Assembly: GCA_029288725.1 (NCBI GenBank)
Contig: JARIGS010000023.1
Coordinates: 20,582 to 84,581, forward strand
Reading direction: 5' to 3'
Origin: Candidatus Nomurabacteria bacterium
GTDB lineage: Bacteria; Patescibacteriota; Minisyncoccia; Phycocordibacterales; UBA9973
DNA: 64,000 nt
The position numbers and the translations under genes are program-made. Under the pieces are notes generated by a model. That model made no database searches and was not told where the DNA came from. It saw nothing but the letters and a program-made list of their open reading frames with translations. Positions 1-10,415 of this stretch are shown piece by piece. Numbering within the stretch: the stretch's first letter is position 1; each line of letters starts with the position of its first letter.

Positions 1-273
1 TTTTAAGGTTGGGGCATCGGTATTTGCTCCTCCTTCAAGGAGAGCAAAGTATACTTCATGATTTCTCATGCCACCCCATTCAAAGGCAAAGCGTCGCTGG
101 AGTTCGTTGATTTCATAAACGTTTTTTTCTGCATCCTGGGAAAGTTCCTTGATGTGATCCATGATCAGATTCGCATGTTTCACATAGCCGGCATAGAGCT
201 TCTTGTGTTCTTCAATGGTTTTTTCACTAATGCCATTGAGAGCAGGGATAGAAAATTGTTGTTCGGTATACAT
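1..273 (-). CDS. Fe/Mn superoxide dismutase family protein, N-terminal part (runs off the window)
   Basis: Manual translation from ATG at 273: MYTEQQFSIPALNGISEKTIEEHKKLYAGYVKHAN...FEWGGMRNHEVYF; the H..LY.GYV and NHE.YF motifs fit the SOD N-domain. Not in the ORF track. Confidence 0.75.
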   Translation of the reverse strand, partial: MYTEQQFSIPALNGISEKTIEEHKKLYAGYVKHANLIMDHIKELSQDAEKNVYEINELQRRFAFEWGGMRNHEVYFALLEGGANTDAPTLK

Positions 274-339
274 ATTGATTATTTCTTTTGATTATCTTGG
301 ATTTAAATTGATAACGGTATTGCTATGGTTACAGTATAC

Positions 340-1209
340 ATGAGCTATCACCGCCGCACACTATCCGTATTGTTTGGTCTGCTCGCCGCATTGATTGCGG
401 CAGGTGTGTTATTGCAGCCGGTGAAAAATGATGGCAAGACCCATATGTACATGCTCAATATCGGCCAGGGTGATAGCTTCCTGATTGTGGCCGCCAACCA
501 CAAGAAATTACTGATCGATGGCGGCCGCGATACGACGGTCCTTTCCGAGCTATCAAAAGTTTTGCCCGTAGGAGATCAGACGATCGATGTCATGATCGCC
601 ACTCATCCCGATGCTGACCACATTGGCGGTCTGCAGTATGTCCTGCAACGCTATCACGTTGGACTATTCCTTACCTCTGAAGTACTGACTGATACTAAGA
701 CGTTTACCGACTTGTATAAGGAATTATTGAAAGAGCATATACCTTCGTACTACGTGCGACACGGCATGATACTTACGCTTGATGCAGTTACCGGCACCAC
801 CTTCACTGTATTATTTCCTGATCGTGATACCTCGGGCTGGCAGACAAATCCTGCATCGGTGGTAGGGAAATTGCAGACAGGGAATAGAAGCATATTGTTT
901 ACGGGCGATTCACCATCATCAGTTGAGCATTTTTTAGTGCAGGCAGAACCACAAGCACTGCATGCCGATGTGTTGAAACTCGGTCATCATGGTTCAAAAT
1001 ATTCTTCCAGTACCGAATACTTACAAGTGGTCGCACCGGTACTTGGGTTGATTTCTGCCGGCATAGACAACAAATATGGCCATCCTAATGTCGAAACGCT
1101 TGGCAGGTTACAGGATTTGCACATTCCCTGGATCAGTACCCAGCAAAAGGGAACTGTCGAGCTTACCACCGATGGTACTGCTCAATGGACGTGGCATAGT
1201 GTTGAGTAA
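340..1209 (+). CDS. ComEC/Rec2-type metallo-beta-lactamase-fold protein
   Basis: N-terminal TM; IGQGDS, LIDGG, THPDADHIGG, TGD and KLGHHGS motifs; start chosen at the second Met. Confidence 0.85.
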   Translation: MSYHRRTLSVLFGLLAALIAAGVLLQPVKNDGKTHMYMLNIGQGDSFLIVAANHKKLLIDGGRDTTVLSELSKVLPVGDQTIDVMIATHPDADHIGGLQYVLQRYHVGLFLTSEVLTDTKTFTDLYKELLKEHIPSYYVRHGMILTLDAVTGTTFTVLFPDRDTSGWQTNPASVVGKLQTGNRSILFTGDSPSSVEHFLVQAEPQALHADVLKLGHHGSKYSSSTEYLQVVAPVLGLISAGIDNKYGHPNVETLGRLQDLHIPWISTQQKGTVELTTDGTAQWTWHSVE

Positions 1210-1268
1210 TTTTTGAGTATTTCTTCAGATAGTCTTGAGCATGTATTTTGTACACTGCATAAAAAAAT

Positions 1269-1412
1269 ATGGAAACAATCATCATCGAACAACCAGTTAT
1301 CATGTGCCCGCTCTGCTTACTCGTTATGTTGATATCAGAGTATGATGCTCATATCAAACTTCATGAACATGCGGAAATGCTGGCCGACATTGTAGCCTTG
1401 AATAGGCGATAG
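1269..1412 (+). CDS. 47-aa putative zinc-finger microprotein (C-x2-C-x11-H-x3-H)
   Basis: METIIIEQPVIMCPLCLLVMLISEYDAHIKLHEHAEMLADIVALNRR; upstream TACACT box and A-rich leader; hairpin agaaccca..tgggttct right after the stop. Confidence 0.5.
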   Translation: METIIIEQPVIMCPLCLLVMLISEYDAHIKLHEHAEMLADIVALNRR

Positions 1413-1474
1413 AACCCAGTAATGGGTTCTTGCTATTTATTGACATAATTATACTGATATATATACTTCAGTAT

Positions 1475-1765
1475 ATGCTTACCACTATGCTCATCAAGAT
1501 CGACAAACCATTAAAAGAGAAAGCCCAAAAGACTGCCAAACAGCTTGGCTTGCCTCTCTCTACCATTATCAATAATTACCTCAAAACATTTGTGCAAGAA
1601 AAACAAGTGACTTTTAGTGAAAGCTATATCCCCAGTGCAAAAACGGTACGAGCCATTAGGTCTGCTGAAAAAGATATGAAGTTAGGAAGAAATATTTCTC
1701 CTAGCTTTAGTAATGCAAAAGAAGCAATTGATTATTTAAGAGAATACAATAAAAAACATGGTTAG
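1475..1765 (+). CDS. RelB/DinJ-family antitoxin
   Basis: RHH-like IKIDKPLKEKAQKTAKQLGLPLSTIINNYL and C-terminal SPSFSNAKEAIDYL. Confidence 0.8.
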   Translation: MLTTMLIKIDKPLKEKAQKTAKQLGLPLSTIINNYLKTFVQEKQVTFSESYIPSAKTVRAIRSAEKDMKLGRNISPSFSNAKEAIDYLREYNKKHG

Positions 1766-1895
1766 CCTCCATGGTCCCTTCGAAGGATATTGGAGTATAA
1801 ATATCTCTGGAAATATTCGGGCAATATATAAAGCAGATGATAATAATGAAATTGTTTTTATTCGCATTGGCACTCACAGCGAGCTCTATAAATAA
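1758..1895 (+). pseudogene. Internally deleted YafQ/RelE-family toxin (C-terminal half only, 45 aa)
   Basis: MVSLHGPFEGYWSINISGNIRAIYKADDNNEIVFIRIGTHSELYK; GTHSELY is the YafQ-type C-terminus; overlaps the antitoxin stop. Confidence 0.75.
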
Positions 1896-2183
1896 AAACT
1901 CTTGAGGACCGACCTCAAGAGTTTTGCAGAATCAACGGTTTGGGATATAGTAAAGGAAACCAATACTTTATAGCCATGTACAGCAATCAGACAGTATTCG
2001 CCTTGTTGGCGAAAAACGAAGAAAACTTTCCATTGTTTGAAAATCAAAAAGTAGACGAATTGGAAAAACAAAAAATATACTCTGCTGAAGAGGTATTACG
2101 ATCATTCATACACGTTTTAAAAAGTCCTAATAGGTTTAGGCGAAGCTTGGTCTCTGCATATTGCGCATAATAAAGTTTATAAA

Positions 2184-2217
2184 TAAAAGGCGTTCCCCTA
2201 CGGGGAACGCCTTTTTT
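2184..2217. terminator. Bidirectional intrinsic terminator with CTACGG loop
   Basis: aaaaggcgttcccc-tacg-gggaacgcctttttt. Confidence 0.8.
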
Positions 2218-2235
2218 ATTAACCCTACATTTGTA

Positions 2236-2481
2236 TTATTTCAACACGCCTGCTGTCTTAAGGGCATTGAAGGCACCGTTCTTTTGAATAGTGCGCATGC
2301 CTTTAGTAGAAACGGTCAAAATGACAGTCTTGTTCAGTTCAGGCACATATACGCGCTTCTTCTGAAGGTTTGCATACTTGCGGTGACTGCCTGTTGGGGT
2401 AAACACGGTCGCACGAGTGCGGTTCGCGTACTTGCCGCCTACCTGGGAGGTCTTTTTAGTTATTGCACATGCTTTTGCCAT
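2236..2481 (-). CDS. rpmB: 50S ribosomal protein L28
   Basis: MAKACAITKK...RKYANLQKKRVYVPE..VSTKGMRTI. Confidence 0.92.
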   Translation of the reverse strand: MAKACAITKKTSQVGGKYANRTRATVFTPTGSHRKYANLQKKRVYVPELNKTVILTVSTKGMRTIQKNGAFNALKTAGVLK

Positions 2482-2540
2482 AGTGTCCGCATGGTACCAT
2501 ATGACTTTTTATTGTGCAAGAAGTATACTATGGCTCATAT

Positions 2541-3170
2541 ATGACTACTGCCACCTCTATTTTCTACTTTGTCGTCCTTATTTTCTCGATTATTGTGCAT
2601 GAAGTCGCTCACGGCCTGATCGCTGAGCGAGAAGGGGATCCCACAGCCCGCAATTTGGGACGTATCACGCTAAACCCCCTGAAGCATATTGATTGGCTTG
2701 GATCCGTTATTTTACCAGTAATTTTGCTGCTTTCTGGGACTAACTTCCTTATTGGCTGGGCAAAGCCAGTACCTTATAATCCTGATAACCTACACCATGG
2801 CCGGAAAAGCGAGGCAAAAGTAGCTATTGCCGGCATTGTCGTTAATCTCACCATTGCCCTCTTTTTTGGCTTGGTTATTCGAACGGCTTTGGCGCTGCAC
2901 TATGGAAATATCGCACTTATTGACGGCAGCGGCGTTATCGTCCTTATTAATATCGTTTTGGCCTTATTTAACAGTATTCCCTTGGCACCATTGGATGGAT
3001 TTCGCTTTTTAAACGCCATTCTCCCTGCGCGAACTATGCCTACTATGCGGATATTGGAACAATTTAGCCTCCCACTTCTCCTCCTTTTCATCGTATTTGG
3101 CTGGGCAGCGGTTGCTCCACTGGCATTTAAGGCATTTGCCCTCCTTACCGGCATAGCAGTTCCTCTGTAG
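2541..3170 (+). CDS. Site-2 protease (M50) family membrane metalloprotease
   Basis: HEVAHG, GDPT, WAKPVP and FNSIPLAPLDG motifs; several TM segments. Confidence 0.9.
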   Translation: MTTATSIFYFVVLIFSIIVHEVAHGLIAEREGDPTARNLGRITLNPLKHIDWLGSVILPVILLLSGTNFLIGWAKPVPYNPDNLHHGRKSEAKVAIAGIVVNLTIALFFGLVIRTALALHYGNIALIDGSGVIVLINIVLALFNSIPLAPLDGFRFLNAILPARTMPTMRILEQFSLPLLLLFIVFGWAAVAPLAFKAFALLTGIAVPL

Positions 3171-3211
3171 CCTCTTGTCTTTTTTGAGCAAGTATAGTAG
3201 CATAGCGGGAC

Positions 3212-3631
3212 ATGGCTACGTTTAATCAGCTAATCAAGAAACCACGAAAGAGCGCACCCCGCAAAATCAAGGCGGTGGCACTTTCTGTTGGGATGAACCA
3301 CATCCACAACAAACCAGTATTTTATCCGTCTCCTTTCAAGCGCGGCGTATGTACCAAAGTTACTACTACTACCCCAAAGAAGCCGAACTCCGCGGTTCGT
3401 AAGATCGCCCGTATTCGTCTTACTAATGGTAAGGAAGTAACTGCCTACATTCCAGGTGAAGGTCACAACCTCCAGGAACACTCAGTGGTTATGATCCGCG
3501 GTGGTCGTGTGAAGGACTTGATCGGTGTGCGTTATCACGTTGTTCGTGGCGTCCTCGACACACAGGGTATTGAAAAGCGTCGCAAGAGTCGCTCATTGTA
3601 CGGTACCAAATTGCCCAAGGCGAAGAAATAA
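3212..3631 (+). CDS. rpsL: 30S ribosomal protein S12
   Basis: [31 protein letters not shown]. Confidence 0.98.
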   Translation: MATFNQLIKKPRKSAPRKIKAVALSVGMNHIHNKPVFYPSPFKRGVCTKVTTTTPKKPNSAVRKIARIRLTNGKEVTAYIPGEGHNLQEHSVVMIRGGRVKDLIGVRYHVVRGVLDTQGIEKRRKSRSLYGTKLPKAKK

Positions 3632-3643
3632 TTTACATAATAT

Positions 3644-4117
3644 ATGCGAAGAAAAGTTACCAATCGAAATATGGTCTCTCCAGACATCAAGTATGGCTCA
3701 GAACAGCTTGAGAAGTTTATCAATTCCATCATGCAGGACGGGAAGAAAAACACTGCCCGCACTATTGTCTACGGTGCCCTTGATATCATTAAGGAAAAGG
3801 ACAGTACTGTTGAAAATGCATTGGAAGTATTTGACAATGCGATCAAGAACGCTGGTCCTTTGGTGGAAGTACGCTCACGCCGTATCGGTGGTGCAAACTA
3901 CCAGGTTCCTCGTGAAGTTCGTACCGAACGCCGCAATGCGCTTGCAATGCGCTGGATCATTGATGCCACTCGTTCACGAAAGGGCGTAAAGACCGCTGTT
4001 GCACTCGCTGACGAGCTCGCTCTCGCTGCAAAAAATGAAGGAAATGCGGTGAAAAAGAAAAAGGATACCCACAAAATGGCGGAATCCAACAAAGCCTTCG
4101 CCCACTTCGCTTGGTAA
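3644..4117 (+). CDS. rpsG: 30S ribosomal protein S7
   Basis: RRIGGANYQVP, HKMAESNKAFAHF. Confidence 0.98.
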   Translation: MRRKVTNRNMVSPDIKYGSEQLEKFINSIMQDGKKNTARTIVYGALDIIKEKDSTVENALEVFDNAIKNAGPLVEVRSRRIGGANYQVPREVRTERRNALAMRWIIDATRSRKGVKTAVALADELALAAKNEGNAVKKKKDTHKMAESNKAFAHFAW

Positions 4118-4213
4118 TACAAATAAGACCCCGAAAGGGGTTTTATTTTTTTCTATATGGTGTATAGTATCTGCACTCTATATTAATTAATAACAAAACA
4201 GAGAACATTATTT

Positions 4214-6355
4214 ATGGAACGAGAATTCCCATTAGAAAAAGTACGAAATTTCGGTATCATTGCCCACATTGATGCCGGGAAGACCACGACGTCAGAACGC
4301 GTGCTCTTCTATACTGGCATGAGCCACAAGATCGGTGAGGTGCACGAAGGTGAGACCACAACCGACTGGATGGAACAGGAGCGCGAGCGCGGTATCACTA
4401 TTACTGCGGCTGCGGTGACCTGTACTTGGATCCCCACCTATGACAATGGCGACAAGAACCGCCGTTTCCGTTTCAATATTATCGACACCCCAGGACACAT
4501 TGACTTTACCGTGGAAGTGAAGCGTTCACTTCGCGTGCTCGACGGTGCCGTAGTGGTATTCGACGGCGTTGCTGGTGTTGAGCCACAGTCAGAAACCAAC
4601 TGGCGCTATGCTGACGAAGCAAATGTTCCTCGTATCTGTTTTGTGAACAAACTCGATCGTACCGGTGCCTCATTTGAGCACTCATTCAAGACCATTCTCG
4701 ACCGTCTCTCCAAGAAGGCCGTTCGCGCCCAGCTTCCAATCGGTCTCGAAGAAAACCACGAAGGTGTAGTGGACCTTTTGAAAATGAAGGCGTATTACTT
4801 CGAAGGCGACATGGGCAATAAGGTTGTTGAAAAGGACATTCCTGAAAACATGATGGCCGATGCAACAAAGTATCGCGCAGAATTGATCGAACGCATTGTT
4901 GAAAATGACGAGGCGGTCATGAATGATTACCTTGAAGGCAAGGAACCTTCTCTTGAGGTCTTGAAAAAGCTTATGCGTAAGGCTGTTATCGCCAATGACA
5001 TCTTCCCGGTGTACGCCGGTAGTGCATTGAAGAACAAGGGCGTACAGCTCGTGCTCGATGCGGTGGTGGACTACCTTCCAGCTCCAACTGACATTAAGGC
5101 TGTTACTGGAACCAACCCTGACACTGATGAGCCAATGCAGCGTCATGCTGATGACAAGGAACCGTTTGCCGCATTGGCTTTCAAGTCGATGGCAGACCCA
5201 TTCGTTGGCCAGCTCGTGTTCTTCCGTGTGTACTCTGGAACCGTTGAAGCAGGTTCATACATTTACAACCCTCGTACTGGTAACAAGGAACGCTTGAGTC
5301 GTATCGTGCGTATGCAGGCTGACCAGCGTGAAGAAGTGAAGAAGGTCTTTGCCGGTGAAATCGCCGCTGCAGTTGGTCTAAAGGAAGCTAAGACTTCAGA
5401 TACCCTCTGTGATGAAGCTAACCCTATCATTCTTGACCGTATCACCTTCCCAGAACCGGTGATCAACCTTCGTATTGAGCCAAAGACTAAGGCTGACCAG
5501 GAAAAAATGGGTCTTGCCTTGAACCGTTTGTCCGATGAAGACCCAACCTTCCGTGTTTCAACCGATCCTGAAACTGAGGAAACTATCATTGCCGGTATGG
5601 GCGAACTCCACCTTGAAATCATCGTTGATCGTATGAAGCGTGAGTTCAATGTTGAGGCAAATGTTGGTAAGCCACAGGTGGCATACCGCGAAACTATTAC
5701 TGCTGAAGCGCAGGCTGAAGGGAAGTACATCAAGCAGTCTGGTGGTAAGGGTAACTATGGTCACGTCAAGATCAAGATTAAGCCAATGGATCAGAATGTT
5801 GATCCAAAGGACCTTCCAAAGAACGTGAAGCGCTCAGAAGGCTTTGAATTCGTAAACAACATCAAGGGTGGTGCTATTCCTCAGGAATACATTGCACCGA
5901 TTGAAAAGGGTCTTCGTGAAGGACTTGACCGCGGTATCGTTGCCGGCTTCAAGATGGAAAACGTCTCTGTTGACCTTTACGATGGTTCATTCCACGAAGT
6001 CGACTCGAACGAAATGGCCTTCAAGATTGCCGCAAGTATGGCAATTCAGGAAGCTGCCCGCGCTGCAAAGCCGGTTATCCTTGAACCGATGATGAAGGTT
6101 GAAGTAGTAACCCCTGACAAGTTCATGGGTGACGTGACCGGATCCCTCTCATCACGCCGTGGCTTGATCGAAGGTATGGAAACACGCGGTATGAACCAGG
6201 TGGTAAACGCTGTAGTGCCATTGTCGGAAATGTTTGGCTACATGACCAACCTCCGTTCTATGACCGAAGGCCGTGCAAGCTTCACTATGGAATTCACTCG
6301 TTACGATATCGTTCCACAGAACGTTGCAACCACGATCGCAGAATCTCGCAAGTAA
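4214..6355 (+). CDS. fusA: Elongation factor G
   Basis: [23 protein letters not shown]; 713 aa. Confidence 0.99.
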   Translation: MEREFPLEKVRNFGIIAHIDAGKTTTSERVLFYTGMSHKIGEVHEGETTTDWMEQERERGITITAAAVTCTWIPTYDNGDKNRRFRFNIIDTPGHIDFTVEVKRSLRVLDGAVVVFDGVAGVEPQSETNWRYADEANVPRICFVNKLDRTGASFEHSFKTILDRLSKKAVRAQLPIGLEENHEGVVDLLKMKAYYFEGDMGNKVVEKDIPENMMADATKYRAELIERIVENDEAVMNDYLEGKEPSLEVLKKLMRKAVIANDIFPVYAGSALKNKGVQLVLDAVVDYLPAPTDIKAVTGTNPDTDEPMQRHADDKEPFAALAFKSMADPFVGQLVFFRVYSGTVEAGSYIYNPRTGNKERLSRIVRMQADQREEVKKVFAGEIAAAVGLKEAKTSDTLCDEANPIILDRITFPEPVINLRIEPKTKADQEKMGLALNRLSDEDPTFRVSTDPETEETIIAGMGELHLEIIVDRMKREFNVEANVGKPQVAYRETITAEAQAEGKYIKQSGGKGNYGHVKIKIKPMDQNVDPKDLPKNVKRSEGFEFVNNIKGGAIPQEYIAPIEKGLREGLDRGIVAGFKMENVSVDLYDGSFHEVDSNEMAFKIAASMAIQEAARAAKPVILEPMMKVEVVTPDKFMGDVTGSLSSRRGLIEGMETRGMNQVVNAVVPLSEMFGYMTNLRSMTEGRASFTMEFTRYDIVPQNVATTIAESRK

Positions 6356-6522
6356 GTACTATAGAAAAGGGTGGACACCTACGGTGTCCACCCTTTTTGT
6401 TATAGCTGTATCATTATAATGGTTGACAAATGACTTGATTTGGAGCTATGATAGGGCACAATCGCTTTTTTGCGTTGTTTTTGTTTGTTAGATTATTACT
6501 TAACTAAAAAGAGTTTATTATT

Positions 6523-7716
6523 ATGGCTGCTGAAGCTTTCGATCGTTCAAAGCCGCACGTAAACGTAGGTACCATTGGTCACGTTGACCACGGTAAGACT
6601 ACCCTTACTGCTGCTATCCTCCATGTTCTTAACATGGCTGGAAACCAAGTTAAAATGAAAGGTGTTAGTGATATTGACGGTGCTCCTGAAGAAAAGGCAC
6701 GTGGAATCACTATTAACATCTCTCACAACGAGTACTCTACTGCTACTCGTCACTACGCACACATTGATGCCCCAGGTCACGCTGACTACATCAAGAACAT
6801 GATTACTGGTGCCGCTCAGATGGACGGTGCAGTGCTCGTGGTTGCTGCGACTGACGGTGCTATGCCTCAGACTCGTGAACACATCCTTCTTGCGAAGCAG
6901 GTTGGTGTGCCAAAAATCATTGTCTTCCTTAACAAGTGTGACATGGTTGATGACCCTGACATGCTCGACCTCGTGGAAGAAGAAATCCGTGAAATCCTTG
7001 GTAAGCAAGGCTTTGACAAGGATTGTCCTGTAATCCGCGGTTCAGGTCTTAAGGCCCTTGAAGCAACTTCTATCGAAGATCCATGGGCTCAGAAAGTGCT
7101 TGATCTTTGTAACGCACTTGATACGTACTTCCCACTTCCAGAACGTGACGTTGATAAGTCTTTCCTTATGCCGATCGAAGACATATTCTCTATTGAAGGT
7201 CGCGGTACAGTGGTAACTGGCCGTATCGAACGCGGTATTGTGAAGGTTGGTGAAGAAGTAGAAATTGTTGGTATCAAGGATACTGCCAAGACTACTGTTA
7301 CCGGTATCGAAATGTTCAACAAGCAGTTGACTGAAGGTATGGCAGGTGACAACGCAGGTATTCTCCTCCGTGGCGTGAAGAAAGAAGACCTTACTCGCGG
7401 CCAGGTGCTTGCGAAGACAGGTACTGTGAAGCCTCACACCGAATTCGAAGGTGAAATCTACGTATTGAAGAAAGAAGAAGGTGGTCGTCACACCCCATTC
7501 ATCAACGGTTACAAGCCTCAGTTCTACATCCGTACAACTGACGTGACCGGTGAAGTAACACTTCCAGCAGGAACAGAAATGGTTATGCCAGGCGACACCG
7601 TGAAAATCACCGTGAAGCTCGTTGTACCAGTTGCGCTTGAAGACCAGATGCGTTTCGCTATCCGTGAAGGTGGCCGAACAGTCGGTGCAGGTGTTGTTAC
7701 TAAAGTTATTGCGTAA
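6523..7716 (+). CDS. tuf: Elongation factor Tu
   Basis: [27 protein letters not shown]. Confidence 0.99.
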   Translation: MAAEAFDRSKPHVNVGTIGHVDHGKTTLTAAILHVLNMAGNQVKMKGVSDIDGAPEEKARGITINISHNEYSTATRHYAHIDAPGHADYIKNMITGAAQMDGAVLVVAATDGAMPQTREHILLAKQVGVPKIIVFLNKCDMVDDPDMLDLVEEEIREILGKQGFDKDCPVIRGSGLKALEATSIEDPWAQKVLDLCNALDTYFPLPERDVDKSFLMPIEDIFSIEGRGTVVTGRIERGIVKVGEEVEIVGIKDTAKTTVTGIEMFNKQLTEGMAGDNAGILLRGVKKEDLTRGQVLAKTGTVKPHTEFEGEIYVLKKEEGGRHTPFINGYKPQFYIRTTDVTGEVTLPAGTEMVMPGDTVKITVKLVVPVALEDQMRFAIREGGRTVGAGVVTKVIA

Positions 7717-7756
7717 TCAACTAGAGAAATAGACAAGGCTCTTTAGACAAAACGAT

Positions 7757-8110
7757 ATGGCAACAACAAAAACAACCAAGAAAACAGCAAAGAAGGAGGA
7801 CCTTCAGTCAATGCTTCGAATCCGTGTTCGTGCTTACGAAAACAAGATTCTTGATGCTTCAGTGAAGCAGATCATTGACACTGCAGTTCGTTACGATGCA
7901 GTAGTACGAGGCCCAATCCCTCTCCCAACTGAGATCAAAAAGTACACCGTGAACCGTTCACCGTTCATCTACAAGAACTCCCGTGAACAGTTCGAAATGC
8001 GCGTGCACAAGCGTCTCATCGACATCGAGAACCCATCACCAAAAGTGATCGAATCTCTGACAAACCTATCAATGCCTTCAGGCGTAGATATCGATGTCAA
8101 AATGATGTAA
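7757..8110 (+). CDS. rpsJ: 30S ribosomal protein S10
   Basis: GPIPLPT..REQFEMRVHKRLID. Confidence 0.98.
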   Translation: MATTKTTKKTAKKEDLQSMLRIRVRAYENKILDASVKQIIDTAVRYDAVVRGPIPLPTEIKKYTVNRSPFIYKNSREQFEMRVHKRLIDIENPSPKVIESLTNLSMPSGVDIDVKMM

Positions 8111-8190
8111 TCGCAAAAAGAACCCCGAAAGGGGTTCTTTTTGTTTTCTTTATCTGGAATTTATCTCATAGTGGTAGAGTATATCCGCCT

Positions 8191-8580
8191 ATGATTAAAA
8201 ATTTTTTAGAATGGATTGGATTAAAAGAGAAATTGGATAGCAATTCAGAAAAACCCGTATATTTTAATGAAATGGAGATATGGTGGGCGGCATTGGGAGA
8301 AAACATTGGAGTAGAGATAAATGGCAATGGTGAGATGTTTTCTCGACCAGTGCTGATATATAAAAAGATAAGTCCGGGGAGTTTTTTAGCAGTCCCTCTG
8401 TCTACTCAAATAAAACAAGGTTCTTGGTATACGGAACTTGATTTTAAAGAGGCTAAAATTTCTGCTAACCTAGCCCAAATTCGTATTATGAGCAGTGCTC
8501 GTCTATACGATAAGATGGGGGAAGCTAATATTGAGGATTTTGAAAAAGTAAAAAGCGGATTTCTCCGCCTTTACTCATAA
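8191..8580 (+). CDS. PemK/MazF-family endoribonuclease toxin with no adjacent protein antitoxin
   Basis: EIWWAALGENIGVEING..FSRPVLI..VPLST..LAQIR; low-GC insert between rpsJ and rplC. Confidence 0.8.
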   Translation: MIKNFLEWIGLKEKLDSNSEKPVYFNEMEIWWAALGENIGVEINGNGEMFSRPVLIYKKISPGSFLAVPLSTQIKQGSWYTELDFKEAKISANLAQIRIMSSARLYDKMGEANIEDFEKVKSGFLRLYS

Positions 8581-8654
8581 ATTTTCCCTTTCGGGAACGT
8601 GGGTAACCCCAAAAATTACTCTTTTATTCTATTCCAGGCCCTGATAGGTGTCAA
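8580..8654 (-). ncRNA. Candidate convergent small RNA with its own sigma70 promoter
   Basis: Minus-strand TTGACA (8654-8649)-17-TAGAAT (8631-8626), then hairpins tggg-gtta-ccca and ttccc-gaaa-gggaa. Confidence 0.45.
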
Positions 8655-8657
8655 ATG

Positions 8658-8751
8658 TTGCACTTTTTTGAATCCCGTGTATAATCCTGGGACTTGTTAA
8701 TTAATGGTCCAATGCCTTCGGGGGAAGCTCCAGGGTACGAACAAAAAAGCA
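8658..8751 (+). promoter_or_regulatory. rplC operon promoter and structured leader
   Basis: TTGCAC-16-TATAAT (8680-8685); leader closed by cctgg...ccagg. Confidence 0.6.
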
Positions 8752-9357
8752 ATGAAATATATTTTAGGAACAAAAGTAAATATGACCCAGCTCTTTGACG
8801 AGAGTGGTAAGGTCGCACCTGTCACTATCGTGAAGGCTATGCCAAACGTAGTAACTGGTATCAAAACCATCGATCGCGATGGATACACAGCAGTGCAGGT
8901 TGGTACTGTTGAGCAGAAGGAATCTCGTGTTGCAAAGGCTCAGCTTGGGCAGTTTGCTGGCAAGGGATACAAGGAAGTGCAGGAATTCCGCACTGATGGT
9001 GCCCCTGAGGCAACAATTGGTGACACCGTAACCGTGGAATCATTTGAAAAGGGTGATTCAGTAACCGTTACTGGCACTTCAAAGGCAAAGGGCTTCCAGG
9101 GTGTCGTGAAGCGTTACAACTTCAAGGGTGGACCACGTTCACACGGTCAGAAGCACTCAGAGCGCGAACCAGGTTCTATCGGTGGTGGTCTTCGTACGCA
9201 CGTACCAAAAGGTATGCGCATGGCGGGACGCACTGGCGGTGACACCGTAACCGTAAAAGGGTTGAAGGTTGTTGCGGTTGATGCAGAAAATAACCTTCTC
9301 TACATTAGTGGAGCAGTACCAGGTCGTCGCGGTACCGTTATTAGTATTGTTGGTTAA
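8752..9357 (+). CDS. rplC: 50S ribosomal protein L3
   Basis: GTKVNMTQ, GTSKAKGFQGVVKR, GAVPG. Confidence 0.97.
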   Translation: MKYILGTKVNMTQLFDESGKVAPVTIVKAMPNVVTGIKTIDRDGYTAVQVGTVEQKESRVAKAQLGQFAGKGYKEVQEFRTDGAPEATIGDTVTVESFEKGDSVTVTGTSKAKGFQGVVKRYNFKGGPRSHGQKHSEREPGSIGGGLRTHVPKGMRMAGRTGGDTVTVKGLKVVAVDAENNLLYISGAVPGRRGTVISIVG

Positions 9358-9368
9358 GAGTTATATAT

Positions 9369-10097
9369 ATGGAAAAGAAAACAACTACAACCAAAAAGAC
9401 TACTACTCCAAAGACTGCAAAGGCAACTATGACTCTTGATACCGCTATTTACAATCAGAAGGGTACTAGCGCAGGAACCTTTACTCTTCCAAAGAAGGTC
9501 TTCGGTCTTGCATGGAATGCTGACCTCGTACACCAGGTCGTTGTCGGTATGCAGGCTAACAAGCGTGCAGGTACCGCACACACCAAGGATCGCAGTGATG
9601 TATCCGGTGGCGGTAAGAAGCCATGGAAGCAAAAGGGAACTGGTCGTGCTCGTCACGGTTCATCTCGCTCACCAATCTGGGTTGGCGGTGGTGTTACCTT
9701 CGGTCCTCGCAATGACAAGGATTACTCAAAGAAGATCAACAAGAAGATGCGCGTTAAGGCTCTCTTCACTGTCCTTTCTCGCAAGGTTGCTGACGATGCA
9801 GTACTGCTCGTTGACGGACTTTCATTCGGTGCAATGAAGACCAAGGATGCAAGTACCGTGCTTAGCACTTTTGCTGGCATCAAGGGCTTTGAAAAGCTCA
9901 CTTCGAAGAAACCTACTACCTTGTTGGTAGTGCTTCCTGAGCACAATGAAGTAGTGGAAAAGAGCTTTGCAAACCTTCCTGGCGTAACTGTTATGACAGT
10001 AAACGACCTTAATGCATTGAATACTCTTACTTTCCACCACGTAGCGATTGTCGATCCTGCAGTGACCGTACCAGTGTTAGAGGCAAAATTGAGTTAA
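9369..10097 (+). CDS. rplD: 50S ribosomal protein L4
   Basis: GGGKKPWKQKGTGRARHGS. Confidence 0.97.
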   Translation: MEKKTTTTKKTTTPKTAKATMTLDTAIYNQKGTSAGTFTLPKKVFGLAWNADLVHQVVVGMQANKRAGTAHTKDRSDVSGGGKKPWKQKGTGRARHGSSRSPIWVGGGVTFGPRNDKDYSKKINKKMRVKALFTVLSRKVADDAVLLVDGLSFGAMKTKDASTVLSTFAGIKGFEKLTSKKPTTLLVVLPEHNEVVEKSFANLPGVTVMTVNDLNALNTLTFHHVAIVDPAVTVPVLEAKLS

Positions 10098-10101
10098 TAT
10101 C

Positions 10102-10404
10102 ATGGCTACAAAAAAGACTACAACCGAAAAAGTTTCTCCATCAATCCTTCTTGGCGCACGCATTACCGAAAAGGCGGCAAACAACGCTCAGTTCAGCATC
10201 TATCTTTTCAATGTTGCTGTTGGTGCAACCAAGTCAGAAATCGCCAAGGCTTTCAAGGCTCAGTACAAGAAGACTCCGTTGAAGGTTAATACCATTAACG
10301 TCCTCCGCAAGAGTCACTTCCGTCGCGGTCGTCTCGGATTTGGTACTTTTAGCAAGAAAGCGTATGTCTTCCTTCCAAAAGGAACAACGATAGATATCAT
10401 CTAA
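10102..10404 (+). CDS. rplW: 50S ribosomal protein L23
   Basis: ITEKA..ATKSEI..KKAYV; operon position. Confidence 0.93.
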   Translation: MATKKTTTEKVSPSILLGARITEKAANNAQFSIYLFNVAVGATKSEIAKAFKAQYKKTPLKVNTINVLRKSHFRRGRLGFGTFSKKAYVFLPKGTTIDII

Positions 10405-10415
10405 GAGTTATTATT

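Noticed and set aside
58-291. 77-aa plus-strand ORF
   Set aside because: Antisense shadow of the minus-strand SOD gene.
1940-2170. 76-aa ORF after the toxin remnant
   Set aside because: TTG start, no motif or promoter; at most a decayed fragment.
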